Origin: Macrostomum lignano
Lineage: Eukaryota
Direction: 5' to 3'
DNA length: 64,000 nucleotides
Assembly: GCA_002269645.1 (NCBI GenBank)
Contig: NIVC01001401.1
Location: forward strand, 72,971 to 136,970
A program made the translations under genes and the position numbers. The notes beneath the pieces are model-generated. The model was not told where the DNA came from, ran no database searches, and was given only the letters and a program-made list of their open reading frames with translations. Shown here piece after piece: positions 25,237-36,700 of this stretch (within the stretch, counting starts at the first letter, position 1; each line of letters opens with the position of its first letter).

Positions 25237-25392
25237 GGCACTAGCCAATCAGAGAGCAAGGCATTAACCAATCAGAGAGCAAGGCACTAGCCAATCAGAT
25301 GGCCAGGCAACTATCCAATCATAGAGCAAGGCACTAACCAATCAGAGAGCAAGGCACTAGCCAATCAGAGAGCAAGGCACTAGCCAATCAAA
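25237..25392. repeat. 23-bp repeat x7 GGCACTAGCCAATCAGAGAGCAA
   Basis: Seven tandem units, each containing CCAATCA. Confidence 0.9.
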
Positions 25393-27356
25393 TGCAAAGC
25401 CATCGAATATTGAATTGTATACCTGAGTATTCCACTCTTCTCAGAGCAATCAATTTCAATTGGATATTTGTGTTTTTCAATTCCTATAAACTGTTTGTTT
25501 TTGTTTAATCTGCAGCTTTGTGTTTTCATGACAGAAAAAGCCAACTTTATCAGATGGCTGGCATTGCATATTTTGGGTTTCATAACCATGTTGCCCAGTT
25601 TGTTCCTCTCCAGCTTATGGAGACATTTTGAGCACATCTCAGCTTAAATTTTGTTAGGCGCCACATTTTTGGCCCAATCGGTAATTGACCGCGAGTTCTC
25701 CGATCGAACAAAAATGACAAAGCAAAAAGAATATTTGTACATATCTCTAGTGACTTCTTTAGTAAACTTTCACTAACTTATTAATGTACTCTCGCGTCTT
25801 GTGTGCCGTTTTTTGTTGTTCTTTTTTTGAAATTCCGCAATTATCATCAATACTACTGCAAGTAAGGCTAGGTAGTATTGATCTCTTTTTGTTCAGCGAG
25901 GCACTTTATGCGAGTTATTTATAATTATAATATATACTATCGAGAGCTATACAGTGAAATGCAGAGCGCTGTCTGTTTCTTAATAGTATAGCTATTTATT
26001 TTAGGAAATCAGATCGAAGTGCATCGATTTTTTGTCTTATTGATGGCTTCGGCCTTTTTAAGCCTATAGCTTCGGGCCTCAGAACTCAGAAATGAATCAC
26101 TTAAAGCTCTGGCCTCTCACTCCTGTCAGATGGTCAGCCCCATGGTAGCTAGATTGTGGGTGAGCAGCAAGGTCCTATAGCTAGGAGAAGACAAGCAGGG
26201 AGAATTTGAAAAGTAGAGATTAGCTAACCCGCGGATTAATTAACTCGCTGCCACCAGTCCGTGCGCCCCGGCTCACCAAACCGGAGCTATCGAAATCGGA
26301 CTTCCGACTAGAGGGGCACTGCACTTTCCTGCCATCTAGTGTCTTTTAGCTGTCTAAATCTCGAAGTCATAGCCGAATAGAAGGGACGCTGCTGGGACTA
26401 AGATCGCATTGGCCATGCAGGGACAGAGAGGACTTTTGCAGGGGGTTCTTGCGCTGGCGAGCCTTCATACACTACTAAATGTACTATTTCATTACCAAAT
26501 TCCCAGAAGTACATGTAAAAGTACACGTAACTGCACGCTTTTGACACTAAATGTGTTAACACGTCGACAGATAGCGATGATGTAGATGCATTGTCACTTT
26601 CGGAGATCGATAGACTAATATTTAACTTACTTTAGCCGCTTAACTGCCTGTGACCGCGCCAAAGCGCCAGTCTGGCTCTTAATTTGCATGCTTAGCATAA
26701 TGATTTCTTAGATTGTCTGATTGACTGGGAACTGTGCCGCTTCCGGTCCACCGTGACCTCTGCCTCTAGATTTAGCCGCTCATCAAAAAGAAAGAAAACG
26801 CTAAGTCTTTAACTTCCAGATTTAACTTTCTCACTTAATCCGCAATCCTAAACACCTTAAATTGAGTCAGAGCGAATGCCTACTTTTAGTATTAGATACA
26901 ACTTTTGCCTCGAGTTTGGCACACAAAAAGCAAGCAAGCAAAAGTGCAAATACTATCAGACTACCTAGGAAGGGGTCAGACAAAGGGCGCACCCAGTTTA
27001 GCAGGTCAAGATAGCCTCTCACCAAACCAATCAGAGGACCTAACTGCCGGTAGCCAAGGGATCCGCAGAGACCGAAACGCTCGGATGGGATGCTGCTGCT
27101 GATCTTAACTGACGAGTGCCGCCGTTACTCTTCACTTGCCGGTTGCTGTTGCTGTTGCTGCTCTTTGTTCACGGCCGGGAAGTACTGGTGATGCCTCTCA
27201 AGGGGAGCTTAGCTGCTGAAGCCGAAACTGCCGGGGGAAGGGGGATCAGACGTCGAAGACGCAGCAGATGCCGAAGGAGCCATCTAAGACGGGGTTAGGA
27301 CCGTGCAAAAAGGGAGGTCCAAGCAGGCCTTTACGAGCGCGGGTCGAGTTGCCGCC

Positions 27357-27488
27357 TTTTATAGCTCTCATGCGGCCGATTTGTTATAACGCGCGCCGAA
27401 TTTTCTGATTGGCTGAGAGATTTTGTTAAAATAGGCGCCGAATTTTCCGATTGGACGAGCCGGGGGCAGTCAGGTCGTCTCTGATTGG
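27357..27488 (-). promoter_or_regulatory. Promoter-like module: three CCAAT boxes plus TATA box
   Basis: ATTGG at 27408, 27450 and 27484 and TTTTATA at 27357-27363, all in minus orientation. Confidence 0.35.
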
Positions 27489-29354
27489 CTGAGCTCAAGA
27501 CCCCAAAACCCACCCCACCAGGTGGCCTTCAGACCCCAGGGAAGTTGACAGGTGCGGTCATAAATCATGTGCAAAGCATAATAAAAGTCACTTGTCTAGA
27601 CATCCTGGCGCCAAAAGTGACTGCAAAACGCACATAAATCAAAGGAGAAGGTAACAGAGCGAGTGGGGAGAAAGCTGGAAAGACCTCTTTGACCCAGACA
27701 GGCTGGAGCTAAAAGTGACAGCTAGACCGTCACAAATCACTAAAAATAGTGAAAAAGTCACAAATCAGGGGTCAGGATTCTAATTTTGGATTGTTTACGC
27801 ATCTTTGAAGGTCAGACTGTCTGGGTCTGAGGCGGATTGACCTCTGACAGTCTAGACAGGAGACACTAAGTCTGGGAGGAATGTTTTTAATCTCATTCTA
27901 AGGTAAGTACATTGAGTATCTAACATAATTAATAGTAATGTCATAAGTTAGTATAGAACTCAGCCTAGATGAGAGAATAGAGAGAAAATCCTAAGCTAGC
28001 CTACTGACAGTAGGGGGAAAGCACATCGAAGCAAAATGTGCGGTTTTAAGATTGAAAAAAGATGCGTCCTCATCATTATTTTATTTACCTCAGAAACTCA
28101 CTTTGCCAAATGGCCCGGGGTGCCATGAGATACCGGCTAACCCCCACAATAATTGATAATTGGAGGGGGCTTCGTTGGGACCCTGGCGAAACGCCTTCGG
28201 CAATTCTCCCCATTCGGCTGACTCCTGAGCACATTCAAGCAGGCACGCACTCGTACAAACGCTCACACTGGTTATACAGCGGGCCTGACTTTCTGACATT
28301 TTAATCGTTAGGAATGTACATTCTCTCTGTACTTTGGGATTGGCCATTATGTGTTGCGAATCGCAAGATAACCCCCCGGTCAATATTTCGTGGCACACAA
28401 GCGTTAGCGCGAGAGTCAGACCTCGTTTACCGTCTTGCATGGTTTTTGGAAGCTCCTAAGCTCTTGGCAGCTCTAAAGTGCATTGACGGCTTGAGAGTGA
28501 CGCTGCTCTCCTATGTAAAAGCTTCCAGGAAAGTGAAAATCATACGCGAGTGGACATCTGCTCAACGCGTCTGAGACGGCGCAGACCTCGTTCGTACCAT
28601 CATCTCGGAGTCAATATTTGTCAATCGAAGCATTAAGCTCCTTCCAATTGGCCCCGTCTTAACAGAAAGTGGCAGAGAAATCTTTTGCCAGATGTTGCAA
28701 ATGAATTGAAACTAAATTCCTTGCTTCAGTGAGAATGCAAGCAATCGAAAATCAATCCTGGGTCAGTAATTCAGTTGATCGTTTGTAATGGTGCAGGTCT
28801 CACAACTCCCCTCGCCCTTCTTTCATTCACACACGCTGGCCCTACAGTCCTACACCAGCCTTTCTGCTATGTAAAAACAGTCTATGGTCAATCCTATATA
28901 CTCATTAATCATTTTCTCTTCTAAAAAATCTACACCCTCTACTTAAATTAACAGTAGTTTACTGAAATGAATTTAAATTAATGTAGTTTATGTCGCCACT
29001 CGATTTAGGGGAGGTGTCAAAGTGAGTCAGCTGAGCAAAAATGCAGTGTCTTGATCCACTCATTTAAAATTGGAAAATTGGAAAAATCCTCAGTCGCTAG
29101 CAATGGTACCACTAATCTTTCTAGTAGTATGAATAAGTAAGTAGGGGCACATTGAAGCAGTTTTTTTATTAATGACAAGCTGACAAGAATATTATTTATA
29201 ATGAATTGGTTCTATTTTTTTGTTATTTTTTCATTTCTTGATGATAATCTACAGAAAATTACAAAAATTGTATTGTCATTTAGTATCGGGCACACAGACA
29301 ACTAAAGTACAAAGATGCTATACACTCGCAAATTTGTAATTTTTTATTGGAGGT

Positions 29355-30342
29355 TCTCTCTCCCTCTGTCCAGCTCAGTCTTGTTATTCTTTATCTCTCT
29401 CCCTCTCTGTCCAGTTCAGTCTTATTATTCTTTATCTCTCTCCCTCTCTGTCCAGTTCAGTCTTATTATTCTTTATCTCTCTCCCTCTGTCCAGCTCAGT
29501 CTTGTTATTCTTTATCTCTCTCCCTCTGTCCAGTTCAGTCTTGTTATTCTTTATCTCTCTCCCTCTCTGTCCAGCTCAGTCTTATTATTCTTTATCTCTC
29601 TCCCTCTCTGTCCAGTTCAGTCTTATTATTCTTTATCTCTCTCCCTCTGTCCAGCTCAGTCTTGTTATTCTTATCTCTCTCCCTCTGTCCAGTTCAGTCT
29701 TGTTATTCTTATCTCTCTCCCTCTGTCCAGCTCAGTCTTGTTATTCTTTATCTCTCTCCCTCTGTCCAGTTCAGTCTTATTATTCTTTATCTCTCTCCCT
29801 CTGTCCAGTTCAGTCTTGTTATTCTTTATCTCTCTCACTCTGTCCAGTTCAGTCTTGTTATTCTTATCTCTCTCCCTCTGTCCAGTTCAGTCTTATTATT
29901 CTTATCTCTCTCCCTCTGTCCAGTTCAGTCTTGTTATTCTTTATCTCTCTCCCTCTGTCCAGCTCAGTCTTGTTATTCTTTATCTCTCTCCCTCTGTCCA
30001 GTTCAGTCTTATTATTCTTTATCTCTCTCCCTCTGTCCAGTTCAGTCTTGTTATTCTTTATCTCTCTCCCTCTGACCAGTTCAGTCTTGTTATTCTTTAT
30101 CTCTCTCCCTCTGTCCAGTTCAGTCTTGTTATTCTTTATCTCTCTCCCTCTGTCCAGTTCAGTCTTGTTATTCTTTATCTCTCTCACTCTGTCCAGTTCA
30201 GTCTTGTTATTCTTATCTCTCTCCCTCTCTGTCCAGTTCAGTCTTATTATTCTTTATCTCTCTCCCTCTGTCCAGTTCAGTCTTGTTATTCTTTATCTCT
30301 CTCACTCTGTCCAGTTCAGTCTTGTTATTCTTATCTCTCTCC
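29355..30342. repeat. ~39-bp minisatellite TCTCTCCCTCTGTCCAGTTCAGTCTTGTTATTCTTTATC
   Basis: About 25 copies. Confidence 0.95.
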
Positions 30343-30758
30343 TTCGCTGCTTTCTGATTGGCTCTTCAATCTCGCCTCTTTCCTCAGTCGCGCACTCCAC
30401 CCCACCCTTTTCGTATCTACATTCCGCTCCCCCCCCCAATTGAATGTCTTATAATTGTACTTGTTTTGGGCCCGGATTTTCAAGAAACTTAATCTACCTT
30501 AAATAACTATAACAATGCATTAGCGAGATGTAGGTTTTCATTATTAGGGCTAAATTGACTGAGTTTTGTCCAAGCTGTGGTCAACAAAATATTACAAAAA
30601 AATCGAGTTTAAAAAATGGTTTTAGCAATAGGCGATCAAAGTATTGCTAGAAACCACAAAAGAAACATTTCGAATTTTGCAGCAAAAACCGGCAAAAAAA
30701 TCGAACAATTTTTGAGTGCAGCGTCCTTCTCCAGCTGGTTGCTGGGACCAGCCAGCCT

Positions 30759-33700
30759 TCAGCCATCGTCCAGGAGTCCGATCTTTCTGCCGAACGATTT
30801 CACCTTGTCCTTGGCCTCCTCCTGCATCAGCTGGAAGCACATGGCGATCATGGCCAGGCCGAACAGCAGGTACAGGCCGCAGGTGATTGGCTTGGCCTCG
30901 TCAGTCCAGGACGACTCTTGCATGCCGGGCACGAAGTCGCCCAGCCCGATGGTTGTCAGGGTGATGAACACGAAATAGACGGAGTCCATGAAGCCCCACT
31001 GCTCCCAGGAGTAGAACAGCACCGCCCCGGTCAGGATGTAGATGCAGAACACCGTCAGGGTCAGCCAGACCGGCACGCGGATTACTTCGCCGAGATCCTC
31101 GACGCTGCTGACTGGCGTCGAGGCGGCGTAGGAGCTGGCGGCCCGCCCGGCGGTTCCCACCGACGCCGGCGGTAGCACGCACAGGTCCAGCGTCTGCCCG
31201 GTGCTCGGGTCGGCCAGCTGGAAGATTCGTCGACGCGACATCATCGCTGGCGGCGATCCACCGTTGCCGCCCAGCGTCGCCTCCGCCGCCCCGTGTCGCC
31301 CGCCGGCCGTCGTAGCCGTCGACAGACCGCTCCGTCCGCTGCCGCCGCCGCCGCCGCGCCGGACTGTAGCGCCGCTACGGTTGCTCCGTCGGGACCGGTA
31401 GCGGCTGGAGATGGGCATGATCTCCGACAGCTGGTCAAAGGCGCGCACCCGGCCCCGCCGACTGCGACTGCTGATGGCCTCGTGATGGCGGGCCAGCCGG
31501 CGCATCCGACGTCTGCGCCACAGACGGAGGCAGCAGTGCTGGTAGCAGAGGCGAAACACGTCAGCCAGGAAGGAGCCGAGGTTGTGCAGGCATAGCAGCA
31601 TCAGCGGGATGCCCACCATGGCGTAGAAGATGGTGCACAGCCGGCCGGCAACCGTTTTGGGCGCCACGTGGCCGTAGCCTGCGATGGCAGCCAGTTTGGG
31701 ACCAATTTTATACAATTAATTAAAATTTGCACTACTTGTAGTAGCAATAGCCCTTTGTGTTTGAATGCGTCCGTAAGTAGTCCGTAAATAGTAAGAAATC
31801 TGCCATTCTGTTCCTTCAGTGTCCTTGAATCTGCCTCTCCGCTCCCTCAGTGTCCTTGAATCTACCTCTCCGCTCCCTCAGTGTCCTTGAATCTGCCTCT
31901 CCGCTCCCTCAGTGTCCTTGAATCTGCCTCTCCGCTCCCTCAGTGTCCTTGAATCTGCCTCTCCGCTCCCTCAGTGTCCTTGAATCTACCTCTCCGCTCC
32001 CTCAGTGTCCTTGAATCTGCCTCTCCCTTCCCTCAGTGTCCTTGAATCTGCCTCTCCCTTCCCTCAGTGTCCTTGAATCTGCCTCTCCGCTCCCTCAGTG
32101 TCCTTGAATCGGCCTCTCCGCTCCCTCAGTGTCCTTGAATCTGCCTCTCCGCTCCCTCAGTGTCCTTGAATCTACCTCTCCGCTCCCTCAGTGTCCTTGA
32201 ATCTGCCTCTCCCTTCCCTCAGTGTCCTTGAATCTACCTCTCCGCTCCCTCAGTGTCATTGAACTGAGTGCCCTTGAATCCTCCAATAACCAACTCGACC
32301 TGTTTCCTTTTCTTAGAAACAGTTTGAAATTCGTGGCCCCTTCTCTCTCTGACCATTCAACCGTGAGCGAACCATGAGAGGCCAAAACTAGCGCAGAACA
32401 CGGGTACTGCATGCTGGTTTTGCATCGGGACGAGATTTGAAGGACAACGGCAAACTGCAGAACGCACAGCTCTGGTTTGTCCATGCCCCCCCCCCCCAAT
32501 CCCGCTGGGATGCGGCCCCGCGCAACTTGGGTTTTACCGATAGTTGCACAGCTAGCCAGAATGTTGGCTTTCCTCTTAATTAAGATCGAATCCGTCTTGA
32601 CTGTCGGACCTGTTTTCTTGGAATTGGCCAATTTAGCTTGAAAATCTACGACTGAGGCCAGGACTAAACGATAACAGCAGTCCAAAATCCAATAGTAGAA
32701 AAACGGAGGGGGGCATTGTAGTGAATTTCTTAGAAATAAAATTCTCAGCAAGGACTACTCAAGTACAAGGACGGGAAATCTCGTTTCTTGGAAAAAAATT
32801 TTCCAAGAAAATCTTTTTTCAGCAGGAGGCAGACCCAATGTTCATCTTTTGATATGTTGTGCCTTTGTTATAGCTCTATTGATATTCATAAAGCTTAATG
32901 TTTTATTCTACGTACATTTGTACATGTCCTGTGCCTGAAATTCATTAAAATTGCATGGCTCGGCTCATTGGTTTTATGAATCTATTTTGTCATTCTTAGC
33001 TGACTGTGTAACAGTATTTGTAACAGAGATGATAAAATGGATTCATGAAACCAAGGATTCGAGCTGTGCCATGCATTTTTACGCTCGTATGATTTATAGG
33101 CTCAATAGCCCTCGACAATTTAATCTCGCAATTGGGAAGACTTTCAAACCAGAGGAGATATGGAAGAGACAGACACAGAGAAAGAGAAAAATGATGATCA
33201 TAAAAGAACGGTGATCCGCCTCCCGAAGAGGTCATCAGTGTGAAGGCATGGCTGACCAATCTGGCTGGCACTGCAGGCAACTGAGCGAGGTAACTGCACT
33301 GATCGATACCATTTGCTTGGCTAAGTCTGTGCACAATCATCTGCAGTTTCGCTTCAGAAATCTTTAATTGAAAGCATACAGATTACACTGGGACCAATTT
33401 TTTTGGGGCTTACTCAGCTGGTTAACCGATGCGAATTCAAAAATGGGATTTCCCCAATTGCTTGCAGGCAATTATTGCAGATTGTAATTGAAGTCCACTC
33501 TGCCGTGTGCAGGGTCATGATATAGGGTATGGGCTCGTATTCTACACGCATTTCAGCTCGTGATGACACTTCCTAGGCAATAATATAGATGCATAGATTT
33601 ATAGATGCATGGATATATAGATTGATATAGATGTATAGATGCGCAACGCATCTGAAGGCTGCGTACGCCTGTTCACTCCAAGGACTGGGGAGGGGGGGGT

Positions 33701-36700
33701 CGCCACACACACCCTCAATTACCCCAGCTAATGTCTTGCTCAAGGACACAAATTGTTCCGAGGTGGCTCGAGAATCGAACCCCCGACCTTTCAGTCGTGA
33801 GTCCGACGCTCACCCCTAGATAGATGCATATACCTAGAAGTATAGATGCATGGATTGCATGGATACATAAACTCACAGACGCATAGATATGCCAGAAAGA
33901 TCAGTTGAGACATCAGTGCCCTGGCAACCCATAAAAATTTAATGATCGCTCTGATTAACACAGAAAACCGATTAGCCAAGTTAGACGTCCTGCGAATTGG
34001 ATGCACAACTTCGGAGGGGGACAGCCAGAACTCCCAGGATGAACGACATCGTCTCACAGCAAAAGTACACTATGCGCTCTTATTATAAACTTCCCACCGC
34101 CAATTCGCAAAGCAGGACTAGAAGAGAGAGGGGGAAATAAGAAGAGGAGAGACTAGATCACGGAGCCAGGAGAGTGGAGAGACTAGATCACGGAGCCAGG
34201 AGAGTGGAAAGACTAGATCACAGAGTCAGGAGAGTGGAAAGACTAAATCACGGAGCCAGAAGAGTGGAGAGACTAGATCACCGAGTCAGAATAGTTGAGA
34301 GATTAGATCACGGAGTAAGAAGAGTGGAGAGACTAGATCGCAGAGCGAGATGAGTAGAGAGACTAGATCACAGAGCGAGATGAGTAGAGAGACTAGAACA
34401 CAGAGTCAGAAGAGTGGAGAGACTAGATCGCAGAGCGAGATGAGTAGAGAGACTAGATCACAGAGTCAGGAGTGTGGAGAGACTAGATCACAGAGTCAGG
34501 AGTGTGGAGAGACTAGAATCACGGAGTCAGAAGAGTGGAGAGATGAGATCACAGAGTCAGAAGCATGTATGGATACAAGTGGAAAATCAGTACATCAGCA
34601 ATAGTCACAAGCGCCGCTCACCAATGGTAGTCACTATGGTGATGGCGTACAGCAGAGCGCCAGGAAAAGTCCAGATAGTCTGATTGACCCCCGGCTTGTC
34701 CTCGTCTGGCCGACTCCAGCCCCGCATGGCGTAGCTGTAAACAGACTCCTCCAGTTTCAGCGCCCAGGTACGCAAAGTGGCCGAATAATTGTACCTGGCC
34801 ATCATAGTATTGGTGCCAACAGTGGAATAATCTTTACCGCCTTTGATTTTCTCTAGCAGAACTCGATTGTTCTCCAACTCGAGGTGGGCAACGCTGGTGA
34901 AATTGTAGAGGCTGGCTTGCATCAATTCTAAAGAGGCCTGCACCTGCAGCACCTGGCGCCGGTAGGCGGTTGAATGATTGAACAGCTGGAACACCTCCTC
35001 TCGGATGCGAGCCTTGGCCGAGTTGACAGCCTGCCGAAGCTCCTTGCGGATGCCGAGCTGAGATCTGGATTTTTTATAGAAACTTTGATTGCTGAAGATG
35101 AAGCATTTTCGGATTTTCAGTTGTCTGTTACTTATATATATATAGTAATTTTCTATTAATAATAAATGGACTATTGATCTAATAATCCGTTTTTTTACTC
35201 ATCGATTCATTCAGTCTCGTTTTTTCATGATCGATATTTTAATATTGATTTGTTAATATAGATTTTTTCTATCGATTTTTTAATCGATTTTATTGCTTAT
35301 ACGATGCTTATTCTCTTCTGTCTACGATTTAGGCTAGGGTTAGGGCTAAAGTTATGGTTAAGGTTAGGGTGTAGGTAAGAGTTTAGGTTAGGATTTAGGT
35401 TATAGGGTTTAGTTTAGGGTTTAGGTTAGGGTGTAGGTTAGCGTTTAGGTTATAGGGTTTAGGGTTAGGGTTTATTCTTGGGCAGTCAGTTTTCGCGGAC
35501 CGGCTTACTTATCCAGCTGCTGTCGGATCCTGTGCACCATGTTAGTGTAGTCCTGCATGCTGCGACCGGTGCTGCCAGACCGGTTGCCACCCGGATGCCC
35601 AAACGGGCACGGCGGACAGCTGATGTTGGACAGGAGGCTGCCGAGGACCCCCACCTGCGTCTCGATGCTGTCCTCATGCTGGGTGAAGTCCCCCTGAAGC
35701 TGGTGCAACAGCTGCGAATTTGCGTCGCCAACTTCGCGCACGGCGTCGGCCAGTCGGAGCCGACTCGAACTCAGCATCTGGCTGATGTTGAGCAGCTTCT
35801 TGTAGGACTCATCTGCCATGTCTTCTAGAACGTGAAACAACTGCTCAAAGTCCGACTTGAGCTCCTGGATCATCTCGACGACTGGTTGGGTCATGTTGCC
35901 GCTGTGGGGTTGGGCAGTTGTAGCTAGATGAGTAATCTACAGACTAGATAAGTAATATACAAGCTATATATGAGTAATCTACAAGCTATATATGAGTAAT
36001 ATACAAGCTATATATGAGTAATCTACAAGCTATATATGAGTAATCTACAAGCTATATATGAGTAATCTACAAGCTATAGATGAGTAATCAACAAGCTAGA
36101 TGAGTAACATCCATAAATTTGGCCCAGAAAAACATTAACATGATTTCCTACCGCAATTAAAAGCAAGAATTTCTCTAATTGGTCGAGTTCAGTTAGTGCA
36201 CTGCAATTACAGTGGATTAGCAATGAGGTCTTGAGCGCGCATTACCAAGACCTCCCACTGCTGATCCTACGAGCTCAAGTGCAATACTAAGCGCCGCATC
36301 AGTGAATTATTCATGTTCACTGAGACTCTCCTCTCTTCCTTTGTTTGCCGAAAATCTGCTTGAGTGCGAATCGAATTTTAGTTTGTTTTTCCGGCACCTC
36401 TACTCCATCCCCGTTCTCTGCCGCAACAGCTGCTGGGGTTACTCAGTTAATTATTAATCTGAGGTTCACCCCGCATGGCTGGCTAGGAGGAAAGAATACA
36501 TTCCTGAGAAGCAGGGATCTTGCAACTGATGGTATGAAAGGCCTGAATAGAGTGCGTGTTCAACTTTCGAAGTTCTTGATTTTTGTAAGCTTCTATCGAT
36601 AGACAGGGTTGATTGTGTAGAGTCTGAGTTCTAGTCTCTTAGATCTAGTCTTTTAGATCTAGTCTCTCAGATCTAGTCTCTCAGATCTAGTCTCTCAGAT

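Noticed and set aside
27116-27298. ORF beginning with a signal-peptide-like Leu run
   Set aside because: GTG start right after a stop, the Leu run comes from CTG/TTG triplet repeats, and the promoter motifs face the other strand.
32785-32809. Perfect 11-bp hairpin TTCTTGGAAAA-AAA-TTTTCCAAGAA
   Set aside because: AT-rich, with no following CTRR or matching 5' TC end to support a Helitron terminus.
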